Notes under the pieces: generated by a model
What the model was told of the DNA's origin: nothing
Database searches by the model: none
What the model saw: the letters and a program-made list of their open reading frames with translations, nothing else
Made by a program: the position numbers and the translations under genes
Shown: piece after piece, positions 1 to 11,959 of the stretch
How the letters are laid out: every line of letters begins with the position of its first letter
How positions within the stretch are numbered: the stretch's first letter is position 1
NCBI GenBank assembly: GCA_951406725.2
Contig: OX597820.1
Location: forward strand, 86,428,001-86,492,000
From: Octopus vulgaris
Lineage: Eukaryota
Reading direction: 5' to 3'
Length of the DNA: 64,000 bases

Positions 1-540
1 TCCTTTGAGTTTTATTTAAGTTCTTGAGAGTTTGAGATGGTCGCTAAGAAAGCAACAAAACTTTTTGAGTTAAGATAGTTCTCATTACTAGCAAATATGT
101 GGTAGAGTTGGTAAGTTGTTTGAACTGTGATGCATACCACTAAGTGTGTGTATCTATTTACAAACAGGATCTCAAATGGTAAATTTGTGGAATGACTAAC
201 AAATTTTCACTGCCCCACTAATAGTTTGGACTTCGAGAATCCGCGTCATTTTCTTTTGTTCTTTTTCCATGAAACCAAGTATTTCTAGATTTTAGTGCAA
301 ATTTGTTGGTACAAAACGTAATCCACCTATGATGATATGTATGTATGTATGTTTGTGCAAATATTCTTCTAAAAAATATTTTCTTTTAATTTTTCCAAAA
401 TTTAATTGTTTTCCATACTTACAGTTGAAAGAGTTTCAATGACTGAAACCGGTACTGAAATGTTTTTATAATATTATTTTAGTATTTTCTATCTTGACTT
501 TTTTTCATATTTATCAACTCGTGTGTTCCTTTTCAACCTT

Positions 541-709
<169 letters not shown>

Positions 710-796
710 GGGAGAGTTAACGAAAAAACAAAAGACAAAGACAGGTGGTGTACAAACAAACATATGTATTAGTATAACGCTCAGGAATAGAAAAGT

Positions 797-832
797 CTTT
801 TACGTTTCGAGCCTGCGCTCTTCTACAGAAAG
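797..832 (-). ncRNA. Minimal type I hammerhead motif with non-canonical core CUGUAGA (A6U), inside a short PLE-type non-coding element (~710-857)
   Basis: Minus strand reads CUUU-CUGUAGA-A-GAGC(GCAG)GCUC-GAAA-CG-UA-AAAG: stem I CUUU/AAAG, stem II GAGC/GCUC, palindromic ACGU stem III as in PLE minimal hammerheads. Confidence 0.65.
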
Positions 833-924
833 GGACACAGAAAAAACAAGGAGAGAATATATATATATATATATATAAATATATAATAATAATACATACA
901 TATACCCACCTTTCTTGGTTCAAA

Positions 925-1180
925 AATAGGAAAAAAATGAATTGTCAAATTTGAGTGTGTTCATCGATACTTTGAAAGGTAGGGACGCTAAATATGATAT
1001 AAAATGGGCAATTATTAGTAGCACTTCACCGTATCCTATTGAAAAACCGAAATATGATCTATCCTTGGAAGAAATATTCCATACTTTTACCTCTATTTGC
1101 AGTTTATTAAATGGAAATATCAGTAAATTCACACATTCATTTAGAAAAGTACTTAGGTATTTTCAAAATAAGACTTTTTA
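925..1180 (+). mobile_element. Degenerate Naiad-type PLE GIY-YIG endonuclease C-terminal fragment
   Basis: SNLSVFIDTLK...YDIKWAIISSTSPY...KYDLSLEEIF resembles the T.LS.YIW.LK...I.W.I...A.PY...CxxCxxE segment, with the Cys residues lost. Confidence 0.5.
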
Positions 1181-2110
1181 ATTAGAAATCACTTAGATAT
1201 TAGCGCACATATGTTAACCTGGTCAAATAAAAAATTATATTTAGTTAGAATTTAACAAATTCACACTAAACCTTACAATTACAGGGTTTTTGTGAATTGG
1301 GAAAAAATATTATTAGAATTTCAACTTACAATTTTTATCTCAAATTAACAAAACTTCTAACATTCAAAAATGTATAAAACATTATTCTTATGGACTGGTC
1401 TGATTACCCAAATTGAAACGAAGATTTATCCCCTCTTTCTATTCCTCTTAAATCTATCCGTTTGTCTTATATGGTATCATATTCTCTTTGTGAATGGTCA
1501 GTGATGTGAATGTGTCCTAACCGAATTAAGGTTTCTTTCTACTACAATGTATATGAAATATTCTGTTCCACAAATATCTAAAATGATCTTATAAATTTAA
1601 GTGATACCAGGACTATCGCCATACTGCTATTTCAACGCAAACTCTACTGTCGTGTAACCTGAGGTTTTATGATCTCTCGCCTTTAAGAAGGATTACTTGG
1701 ACAATCAGTTAGCTTCACTCAACCATATCGGTAAAATCGTGAATAAGGTTGTATAGAAATGTCTGACTTAGAAGAATATGTACTGAAACCGAACCAACTA
1801 AATGCACATAAATACTAAATCGAAGACCACTACAACACTTATCCAGCAAAAACACGTGTCAGCTTCTAATTTAATGAGAATTATACTGTAATAAATAAAT
1901 TTTGAAGACATATAATACTCTATTCTTTTCTCTCTCTCTGTGTGTGTGTGTGTGTTTGTGTGTGTTTGTCCGTGTGAGAGAAAGAGTGTCTGTGTGTATT
2001 TGTATTTGTATTGTGTCTGTATACATATTCACTAATGTTTATCAATACGTATAATTCTAACTTGAACGAAAATACGGAGAGGATTGTGAAAGGCCTAAGA
2101 AATGTTTTAT

Positions 2111-2218
2111 GAACAAAATATTCCAGATAAGACAGTATTAAGAAATGTCAGCGAATCTCTGATTTCTCTTGAAATATTTATGTAGCTCCTTTTCTTTTCT
2201 CTGCGTATTTTTATTCAC
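2111..2218 (+). repeat. Dispersed ~110-bp repeat; second copy at ~4729-4836
   Basis: Both loci share attccagataaga...gaaatgtca..gaat.tctga.ttctctt.aaatatttat...ctcc...tttttattca. Confidence 0.7.
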
Positions 2219-2327
2219 TCTGCCATCGTAAATGAGAAAATAGCAAAGCTGTCATATTTTCAATATCCTTCTTTGTTAATGAACAAAAAACTGAAAAAAA
2301 ATTCTATATACGAATATGTATGTATGC

Positions 2328-2370
<43 letters not shown>

Positions 2371-3216
2371 CACGCACACACGACATACGATACATATATA
2401 TATATATATATATCAAATATCATATATCATATATATACACGATATACACGATATATGATACGTATATATAATGTATGGTATTTTGCAAAATACATATATA
2501 TTTTAGCAGCAAAAAAAGCCAGGAAAAGGTGAAGCATAACATTATGAATAAAAGAGATATCTCTTGAGAAATATAAGCGTCGAAACCCTAAAATCACAAA
2601 AGACAAACCATTATTTCATATCCCACCGTGTTTTTGCTGTCACTCCTTTAAACTTTCATTTCTTTCTCTCTCAATCTCTTTTACTGCCTCTCTATAGGTC
2701 TATATGCCCGTGTGCCGAGAGAGAGAGAAGAAAGAATAAAAGAAACAAACAAGCAAAGAACGTCAGGGGAAGTCCATTTACTCACACATAAGCACTCATT
2801 CATAGCACTTACAGCTGTGAATATATATGTGGGTGTGGGTACTTATGTGTGTATGTGTGTGTGTGTGTATGTGCGTGTATGTATGTACGTGCGTGCGTGC
2901 TTGTATGTATGTATATTCAAATGAGACTCACAGTGGATCATTATTCAAGTTTCCCAAGTATGCATAAATATTTTTGTAATTTGTTTCACTATCTTGAATA
3001 CTATTTTGCTTATTAGCATATACTCTCGCGGGGTAAAATTCATTTGCGTATAAGTGTGTGTGTGTGTATGTGTGTGTGTGTGCATTTTTTGTGTGTGTTT
3101 TTTCTTTGTGTGTGTGTGTACACAGGTCATTCCAAAGTTCCGTCAGCGCTTTTATACTGATTATTTCAAGTTCCCAGAAAATTCTAAATACCTTTTATAA
3201 GTATTTAATATTACTA

Positions 3217-3410
3217 AATGCTTAGCGGCCTTTACTTTACAGTATTTCGTTTGCCGCTACTTTCTGAGTTCGAATTCCGCCGAGGTGGACTTTGCCTTTC
3301 AAATTTTTTGAGTTGATAAAATAATTACTAACTGAGCACTGGGATCGATCTTTTCGACTTAGTCCCTTCCCCGAAATTTATGGTTTTGTACCAAAATTTG
3401 AAACCGATAT
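3217..3410 (+). mobile_element. tRNA-derived SINE family A, 5'-truncated
   Basis: aaatgcttagcgg...gagttcgaattccgccgaggtggactttgcctttc...gataaaataa; matches the other family A copies. Confidence 0.8.
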
Positions 3411-3419
3411 TATTTTCTT

Positions 3420-3740
3420 TGGTACACCTGTCAAAAATGTACGCCATCATGCTCAATCCATAATCGAACCTGTAAAGAATTCTGTGGTTCAAATTTTCAT
3501 CACTTCGATTTTTTGCTTTTATACACTCAAAATACCTGATTGCAGCTCTGTTAGCTGATCTCGAAAATAGAAATTCCATGAACTGAGACCAGTTTTTGTG
3601 AGATCCAAATTTCATGGCAATTGTGGTTATAGGCTGGCTGAACATGGAGACAATATATTGAGGAGCACCATCTTGGTGTAGAATAGTGTTCAAAATTATT
3701 CTTTTCCTTTTCTTGTCTGATATCATGTTTCAAGTACTCC
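3420..3740 (-). mobile_element. Tc1/mariner transposase remnant
   Basis: LHQDGAPQY matches the (F/L)QQDGAPxH motif of the second catalytic Asp; the rest is degenerate. Confidence 0.45.
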
Positions 3741-4090
3741 AGTTACATCTTTTTTTTTTGTAGATGTATTAAGAAATAGAGGGCAAAATTATAGTCACAT
3801 TTTGGCGGCTCAGTGTTGTGGGCCAAGAAAGCAGAAATTTGAGTTGCTGAAATCAACTATCAACTGTTTTCCAAGGCTTTTTATAACGCTATACACGACG
3901 AAAACATTGGAGCTTAAATGCTAAATGGACTTCTTAATCACTTAGTGTGTGTATGTGTGTGTATGTGTGTGTGTGTGTGTTTGTGTGTGTCTGTGTGTGT
4001 GTGTGTGTGTGACATGTCGCATAACTTTTAATACTTCGGTCTTCTTTTGCACACTTCAAGTATGTATGTATGTACTTATGTGTGTGTGTA

Positions 4091-4131
<41 letters not shown>

Positions 4132-4233
4132 GCGTACATACGAACGTATGTATATATGTATACAAATCATATTTGAGTAAATTATGTGTTATGTGTTTGT
4201 GTGTGTACGTGTAGACAGACAGAGAGAAGATGG

Positions 4234-4362
<129 letters not shown>

Positions 4363-5197
4363 ACTTTTTAACTTCACCAGATTGTGTCAGCACTTGTCAC
4401 GAGTTCTAGTCAAATTAGGCATAGATACCGAAACTATCCTGTAAGTTATAAACACAACCTAAATAAAGTTACTCTTATTTAAGCCACATATTTACTTGTA
4501 TTGTTATTATATTTGTCTTTATGAGTAAATACATCTGTATCCGCGTAGATGCATATAGAATAACGTGTGTTTATACGTATGTGTGTGTGTGTGTGTGCGT
4601 GTCTTTGTATACAAATACGAGTGTATGTGTTTGTGTGCCTGCCTATACACTAAAGTATATCAATGCACATTGTTCTAAGTTAAGGAAAATACAAATAGGA
4701 AAGACGAAGCGCTAATGATATGCTTCACGAAGAAAACATTCCAGATAAGAGAGTGTTAGAAAATGTCAATGAATATCTGACTTCTCTTAAAATATTTATA
4801 CAACTCCATTTTCTTTCTTATATCTATTTTTATTCAAAAATAATTCCTTCGTCACACGCCTTTAGTAAACCAATAATTACTGATTGCGATGTGCTTTGAT
4901 ACATATATATATATATATATATATATGAAATTATAAATACATACATACATATATATACATATATACATATATATAATATATACTATTATATATATATGTG
5001 TGTATGTGTGTATACATATATGTATATAGATATAGACATATGGATAGAGGGATAGATAGATAGATAAATACAGATATATACAGAGAGAGAGAGAGAGATG
5101 TAATACTTTTATTCAGCGAAACGTGCGGTGTTATCTAAAAGTTCAGTAACACATTATTGCAAGTAGACGAAATTCGCTTAATACATCAGTACTTATA

Positions 5198-5571
<374 letters not shown>

Positions 5572-5771
5572 CAGTTTGCAAGGTGTCACCAAAAAAGAAA
5601 ATTATAAATGTCACTAAATATGATTAGGGTGTTAAGAGCTAAACCGCTCCAATATCGTAATGTAGTTAGCTCTTCTAGCAATGCAAGTGTTTCCTAACAC
5701 TTTATTCACATTTAGTGGCATATATTTCTTTTATTCGTTTATTCTTTTACTTGTTTCCCCTTTTTAAGTAG

Positions 5772-6170
5772 TTAGCGATAGAGAGAATTGTCAAGCAGGT
5801 ATGAATTACTCGTTTTATCTACATGGACGAGTATTCCTCTTTTTCGTTTTAGTTGCTTAGTTATGGAATATAGCTTTTGTAGATGAGGATTACCACTCAG
5901 TGGATGTTCATGGAATCTAATATCTTTAACAATATTCCAGAGTTCGTCTTCAAAGAGTGATAAATTTTGGTTTGGTGGGTACTTTCCGTTGTACTTCCGT
6001 TGTACTTCCTCGTCAGTTTCATTGTTGTTGTGAGTTTTCTTCTTTTCATCATAAAAATACGCACGCCATCTCATTCTGTTAATAAAGGACTTGGTTTCCT
6101 AGATTAAATTTTATTGGGGGGGGGCGGTACAGGGATATCTTTAATTGATGCACCCAAATTTATTTTCTCT
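5772..6170 (-). mobile_element. PLE N-terminal/pre-RT fragment (Naiad-like), inverted relative to the 6650-7700 fragment
   Basis: RMRWRAYFYD...LSLFEDELWNIVKDIRF...LVHVDKTSNSY; the DKT motif is the PLE DKG equivalent. Confidence 0.65.
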
Positions 6171-6649
6171 ATTCTCTATTATTCACTCCAGACGAAGTTG
6201 ATTTACAGTGAGAGGAGGGATATTTTATCCAGCCAGGTACCGAATTTCTCAGAGTAAAATTCCAAGGCTGGTTCCTTCCGATGGTGTGTTTCTTTTTTTT
6301 TTTTTTTGTAATCTACCCTCAGCTCTCTCCCAGGTTTGGCTACTTAGAGTGTAAAAAACAATCTTAAAACGAGGCGAATGAAGAATTAAAACATTCAAAC
6401 TGTTTGTTTATTTCCAGCTAGGATAAAAGTCCAACACGTGTTTCGATCGCACAAAACTGAACATTATGGAAATAAAACTATTGTCGATGAGAAAATTATA
6501 AATAAAGATGCAGCTAAGGATTAAAATAATAAACATAAATAAAAACTATAGCCATGATAATGATAGGCAACTGTATAACAACAAGCATAACAACGTAACA
6601 AATAATAGCAAAATATAACATTCTAATAATGGAAAAAGCTATGATAACA

Positions 6650-7700
6650 ATTTAAAACCCGGCCTAAATCAACTACTAAAAAATACAAAACAATAAAATT
6701 AAACGCAAAGTTTTATCGCAATGAGAAACAAAATTAGAACGTTCACTCCGACCTTAAACGATAACTACAACCTAAACCATAATTGAAGACATTTTTCTAA
6801 AGATCTAGACCGGATGATAATCCCCTTTGCAAGGTAGTTAACTCAAAAATACCTAGAATGTCCAACGAAACACTGAATAATTTTTTTCCGATAAAGAATA
6901 AATACCATAATTTATTTACTAAGCCAAAAATACGAATCAGTTTCTTTTTTAACTCTAAAAATCTAGCTCAGCTGCCCACAACGCCAAACAAATTACTAAA
7001 GAACAGAACAATGATATTAATACGGTAAATAATAATGAAAACCTACGTAAAAGTAATAATAACTATACTAATTTTCAAAACGAAAAGATGATTAATCCAA
7101 ATTCTATGAAAACACCACTAAAAAATAAATAACGATCCAAGGGAAAGAATTCAAATAAACAATTCTATAGATTCTATAACTAATAAATAAACATACATGG
7201 TAACTCGAAAAAAATAGTGATTTTTATGCAACAATAACAATATAATCAGCTAAAACATAAAAGAAACATAAATGTTATTAAATCTACTAAGAAAAACGGA
7301 AATAACTTTATACAGGGAAAATGTGACTGCGCTAGGAGAACGCGATGTAAATGTTAAAATAACTGTAAAATTTTACCCCTTTCTTTATAAAACAAAGGAT
7401 ACCAAATCATGGAACTTCGTTTAGAAATAATACTAAGTAATTTTCAATAGGTTTTAGTAAACTTATATGGTTGCTGAATGATGAAAATATTAGATATTGA
7501 TTAAAATTGGAAATCATTAGTACGGCGAAACCTTATAAAATAGGGGTCGAAAGATGCGATTTCTGCCTGGAGTAATTATACCAAATATTTACATCGGAAC
7601 ATAGATTAACACTAGACAAGAGAGAAATTTTATTTTACTTACACAAACAAGATTTTTTTTTTATTTAAGCAATAGAATGCATTAATTTATATAATATCCA
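6650..7700 (+). mobile_element. Degenerate Naiad-type PLE linker and GIY-YIG region
   Basis: LNNFFPIKNKYHNLFTKPKIRISF linker, CDC....C motif at ~7322, and TAKPYKIGVERCDFCLE (CxxCxE) at ~7520-7572. Confidence 0.6.
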
Positions 7701-7827
7701 TAAACCTTTCTAAACCTAACTATAATAATTATAATTATTAAGAATATGAGAATTAAATTCAATTCATAGGCCTGTATTATATATAATTATTTGCAAGGGG
7801 TCTCCTTCATCGAAAACCGGTGTTTAC

Positions 7828-7872
7828 CATGCGTTGACGAGAGGCAATTACCTTGAAACTATAGTCCGTATG
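7828..7872 (+). ncRNA. Type I hammerhead ribozyme, structurally intact (C3U core), in PLE 3' region
   Basis: CAUGCG-UUGACGA-GAGG(CAAUUA)CCUU-GAAA-CUAUAG-UC-CGUAUG: 6-bp stem I, 4-bp stem II, palindromic stem III, GUC cleavage triplet. Confidence 0.85.
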
Positions 7873-8068
7873 TAGCACTTAGGTTTTCGAGGGAGGATGA
7901 CCTCCCTTTGCAAATAACACAAGGGCACTGAGATTGTGTCTAAAGTCCATCTGGTGACGTTGATCGCCTGGGGCTAAAAGCATCAGTAACACCCCACCCC
8001 CAGTGGCTAGCCACATTCAGATGGCTAGTACACCTTACGTTGTCGAGCGCTTACTGTTTATATCTCGT

Positions 8069-8120
8069 TTTTTACTTATGTTTCAAAGCGTTTTTACGCT
8101 TTGAAACATATAAGTAAAAA
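8069..8120. repeat. Near-perfect inverted repeat (hairpin)
   Basis: tttttactta-tgtttcaaagcgt-tttt-acgctttgaaaca-ta-taagtaaaaa. Confidence 0.85.
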
Positions 8121-8377
8121 GTAATGTTAGAAGAATTGAAAATACAACTATTTATTTTCTTTTTTAATAACCACGAAGTTCTTACCGATTAACAATTATC
8201 CACTACTACTATTAATAACCTTCACAAAATTCAAATAATACAATCAACTCTGAATTTTATCACTATGACTTGTAACTAAAAAGTATGTAGTGCAATTAAA
8301 AGAATAAGTATATATATATATATATATATCTGTAAATGATATATATATATATACTTAAAGATTTTTCCGATGGCCTA

Positions 8378-8436
8378 ATAACTGAAGAGATGGCGGTGTG
8401 GATTTCCACCTCGGCATCCGAAACTCGGAGTTTTAT
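8378..8436 (+). ncRNA. Type I hammerhead ribozyme motif
   Basis: AUAA-CUGAAGA-long imperfect stem II (gatgg...gtgg/ccac...catcc)-GAAA-CUCGGAG-UU-UUAU. Confidence 0.7.
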
Positions 8437-8493
8437 CATGGCTACCGAATAATTGTTACATATTAAATTTACAGATAAATTCCTCTATCTATC

Positions 8494-8552
<59 letters not shown>

Positions 8553-8557
8553 GTTTG

Positions 8558-8592
<35 letters not shown>

Positions 8593-9474
8593 CAGACGGT
8601 TCTTGCAGCAAACGATATAAATATGAGTGCTTTTTATGTACCATGCGTCCATATTAGAGGTCATCTCAAAGTATAGAATGCAGAATTCGGTGATATAACA
8701 AACCTTGTACGTTAAGTTGGACATAAAAGTTTGACTTCGATATTAAAACCGCTTCTGTCACTATTAATTAATTGTATATACAAACATGCAAACACACACA
8801 CATTTATATATATATATATATTCATATGTACCAAGAGATGGATAGAGAGAGAGAAAGAGAACTATAAAGATATATGTATATATAGGTCTTATTAATATGT
8901 GGTCTAATATATGTGGTGCGTGTTGATATGTGTATCTTTACGTAAGTGTATATATTCAGAAGTGTTTTTGTATCTATAGATATACAATTCTATGTTTATT
9001 TCAGTGTGTATGCGTGTGCATATATGTGTATGTATGAGTCTACACAGGAGCAGGCAAAATCAACACCCACGTACAAATCCATTATATTTAAAGCATTAAT
9101 CAAAATTATTATTTAAAAGATATATTTTTGAATATTGCTTAAAACAGCAAGAACCAAGAAAGAAAGAAACCCGTGCTTGCAGCAGCTGTGTTTGTACGTG
9201 TTGTTCACAAAGGTTTTCCAGCAGAAGAACAAAAGGATAAGCGTTTTATTCAAATTTTTATTTCTTATTGCACGAAACCTATTCAAACAGTGGTATTTCT
9301 ATAGAAAACTATGCTCAGTTTACCGGTTGATCGTCGGAAACGGCAAACTCTGAGTACTGGAAATCGGAGCCTATTGATTATAATGTATTAGAGAAAACAT
9401 TTTTATTAAGTCTTGTAATTTATCGCATTTAGTGAATCAACAGAAATATATGTATATATATGTATGTAGCTATT

Positions 9475-9562
9475 CTGAAAGAAGCGGCTCAGGATAGAAC
9501 TGACTGGAGGACACTGATCCAACGAGTGACCGAGAGTCGACTTCGACTGAGCGGATAGAGAG
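9475..9562 (+). mobile_element. 3' end of an RTE (BovB-like) LINE, 5'-truncated
   Basis: LKEAAQDRTDWRTLIQRVTESRLRLSG* matches the RTE/BovB C-terminal A.DR..WR......SR.RL motif; followed by a simple-repeat tail. Confidence 0.7.
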
Positions 9563-9603
<41 letters not shown>

Positions 9604-10170
9604 CGTGCACCATTATATATATTTATATATATAGATATATATGCATACATCATTGTTTATATATATAGAAGTCAATCGTAATTGTTTCTTAATTATTTTT
9701 ATTTTCTTACAAAATATATTGATTTCTTAAGTCGAACTTGAGTAGTTAGACAGGTATAAAAATAAAAGAAAAAATTCAGATTAGGCAAACCACTATCAAC
9801 ATATTGATTAAGATAAATTCGTCCAAAATCAAGACATATATTAATATATGGAACATAGACAAATATAGGAATATTAAATATATATAAAGATATATAATTA
9901 TATAAATATGCGTGTTGAAATATAGTGATAATATAGCAAATGATAGGAATATAAAAAAGAACGGGTATTGAAAAATTTGGAAACAATGAAAAGTTAATAA
10001 TAGGTGTCTAATAAGATTTCGGATTACCATTCTAGATAATTTTCCAACATCCGTTTCTGGGGTTCATTCTTCCAAGCGAAAAATTAATCTTGAAATCCGT
10101 TTTCGGAGAACGCCTCCTTCGTGAGGGAGAAAAATGATATTCACGGTAGATATGCAATTAGTGCACTGAC

Positions 10171-11813
10171 TGATTTTTTATTACCCACGAGGGGCTACAC
10201 AGAATTGGACAATACAAACATTGGGGACACAAAACATCACAATTACATAAATATGGGTAAAATGAATTAATGAAAATGATATATGAAAGTGGTGCTAACG
10301 GCCCCATCCGCTAGCATCACTTACCTGTCCTTCAGTCTTGCTCAGTCTCAATATAATATGCCTTCACCTCTATCCTTCTCTCAAATCTCTCTTCAAATTC
10401 CTTCACCGTCTCTTCATCCATATCCACTTCAATTATTCTCCAGTCCATCCTTTCGCACCTTTCCATAAACTCATCCACTTGTTCCTTTGGAATTACTGCA
10501 CATCTTTTCCCTCCCCTATTACACCATCGGTAGTCCGTCATTGTCTTTTTTATCTCCTCATTTCCTGCAATACATAAAATGTTGGGCCTGGGTTCTTTTT
10601 TAGTGTCTTGACTGTGTGTATCTTTTTTCTGTTTTCTTGTTGGTGGGGATCGGGTGGGTTCACTGTCTGCAGGGGAAGGGTGGGACTCAGAGGGTGCGGG
10701 TGGTGTTGGGGTGGACTGGGGTTGCGTACTGTTTGCTTTTCTCCTTCTCTTTCTTTTTTTCCTTCCTTCTTCCCACTCTTGCTGGATCTCTTCTTCTGTC
10801 GTTTCCTTTTCTGTTTGGTTCTCTTCTTCTTTAGTTTCTTCCTCTTTTTGGGGTTCCGTAACGATTTCCTTTTCCTTTGGTGGGGGAGGGCAGTTGGCTC
10901 TTATGTGGCCTCTCTGGCCACACTTATAACAGCACGGGGCTCTGCCCTCCACCCACACTCTCATGATGATGTTTCCCATTCTTATATTTTCTGTTAACCT
11001 TTCCAGCGTTTCAGTCTCCACCTGTACGTTCATGTCCAGGGTAGCACCCCTCCAGCCTTCATATTTTATGGTGGCATGGAGGATATCCACCTTTTCTTCA
11101 TTCCCTTTAATCACAGCTGCTGCTATATATTCGCCCTCTAGGTGTGGGGGTATTCCCTCCACCCTGATTCTCGTGGTTTTCCTGTTTAGGTACGAAGGTA
11201 GTAGGTATACCTTCTCCGTTTTTACTGCCTTGGCTGCCATTTTTCTTGCGACGCTCTCGCTCCTATATTGAACCGTCACTGTACCGTATTCCATTCCTCT
11301 TGTCAAATAAACAATTTCCTCCTCTGTCTGTTTTAGCGCCTCTTCAATAATTTCCATGCTTACTATTTCAATTCTTTTCCTTCCATTTGCGTACACTCTA
11401 TATTTGACGGTCCTGCGATCGAACCACTCACCACGCTTTGTTGGAGGTGACAGTTCGACTTCACCGTCCTCCTCTTTCATAAATTCCTGGAAGCCTGGCA
11501 GTTTAACCAGGTTTATCTCTTTTTCTTCCGACTTCTTCTTCGTTACTCCTGCATACGTATTTCCAAGCTTCTTGTCCATTCTTTTCACTGCTCTTTCTAG
11601 TTCCTCCTCAGGCGTCGACAATTCCGACAAACTTTCAAACAAATTTTCCCCGGCCATCTCTCCCGTTAGGGAGGGGCTGTCCTTGTTTGTCTCAACACAG
11701 ACAGACTAAACCTTGCGCGACCGTACAACAAAAAAAACGTTTAACAAAATTTACGTGTAACGCAGTAACAAGGAAAAATGAACTCACGACTTGTCAGTTG
11801 GACTGTACTGTTC
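10171..11813 (-). mobile_element. ORF1-only non-autonomous non-LTR retroelement (HAL1-like architecture; L1/Tx1-type ORF1)
   Basis: Identical 18-bp direct repeat tgcaattagtgcactgac at 10153-10170 and 11814-11831. 156-nt 5' UTR, one ORF, 161-nt 3' UTR ending ...gtgggtAATAAAaaatca. No RT or endonuclease. Confidence 0.85.
10332..11657 (-). CDS. Retrotransposon ORF1/gag-like nucleic-acid-binding protein, 441 aa
   Basis: Uninterrupted complex ORF with a CX2CX4HX4C knuckle (CYKCGQRGHIRANC), preceded by RRM-like segments (GTVTVQYRSESVARK; TRIRVEGIPPHL), then an acidic tract, basic RKKRKRRRK and a Pro/Ser-rich tail. Confidence 0.85.
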   Translation of the reverse strand: MAGENLFESLSELSTPEEELERAVKRMDKKLGNTYAGVTKKKSEEKEINLVKLPGFQEFMKEEDGEVELSPPTKRGEWFDRRTVKYRVYANGRKRIEIVSMEIIEEALKQTEEEIVYLTRGMEYGTVTVQYRSESVARKMAAKAVKTEKVYLLPSYLNRKTTRIRVEGIPPHLEGEYIAAAVIKGNEEKVDILHATIKYEGWRGATLDMNVQVETETLERLTENIRMGNIIMRVWVEGRAPCCYKCGQRGHIRANCPPPPKEKEIVTEPQKEEETKEEENQTEKETTEEEIQQEWEEGRKKRKRRRKANSTQPQSTPTPPAPSESHPSPADSEPTRSPPTRKQKKDTHSQDTKKEPRPNILCIAGNEEIKKTMTDYRWCNRGGKRCAVIPKEQVDEFMERCERMDWRIIEVDMDEETVKEFEERFERRIEVKAYYIETEQD

Positions 11814-11959
11814 TGCAATTAGTGCACTGACAAGGTAGGAGGCAATCGCAAGCTTATATAGAAGAACAGTTGTATGTATGCAAATAATATAGGTCTTCAT
11901 GAGAGCTGATGGGAGTAAAAACTACGTTACTTACAGAGCAATATATTGTTATAGGTAAT

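Noticed and set aside
6428-6450. Hammerhead 3' half (GAAA-CACGUG-UU, minus strand); similar isolated halves at ~32950 and ~33076
   Set aside because: No matching core or stem I on the same strand nearby.
7960-8010. Possible SECIS (UGA-12 nt-AAAA) in the Naiad-like 3' region
   Set aside because: The 3' GA of the quartet is missing, and the visible upstream Cys codons are TGT/TGC rather than TGA.
10283-11709. Plus-strand ORFs overlapping the 441-aa ORF
   Set aside because: Antisense shadows of a purine-rich coding strand, with no recognisable motifs.
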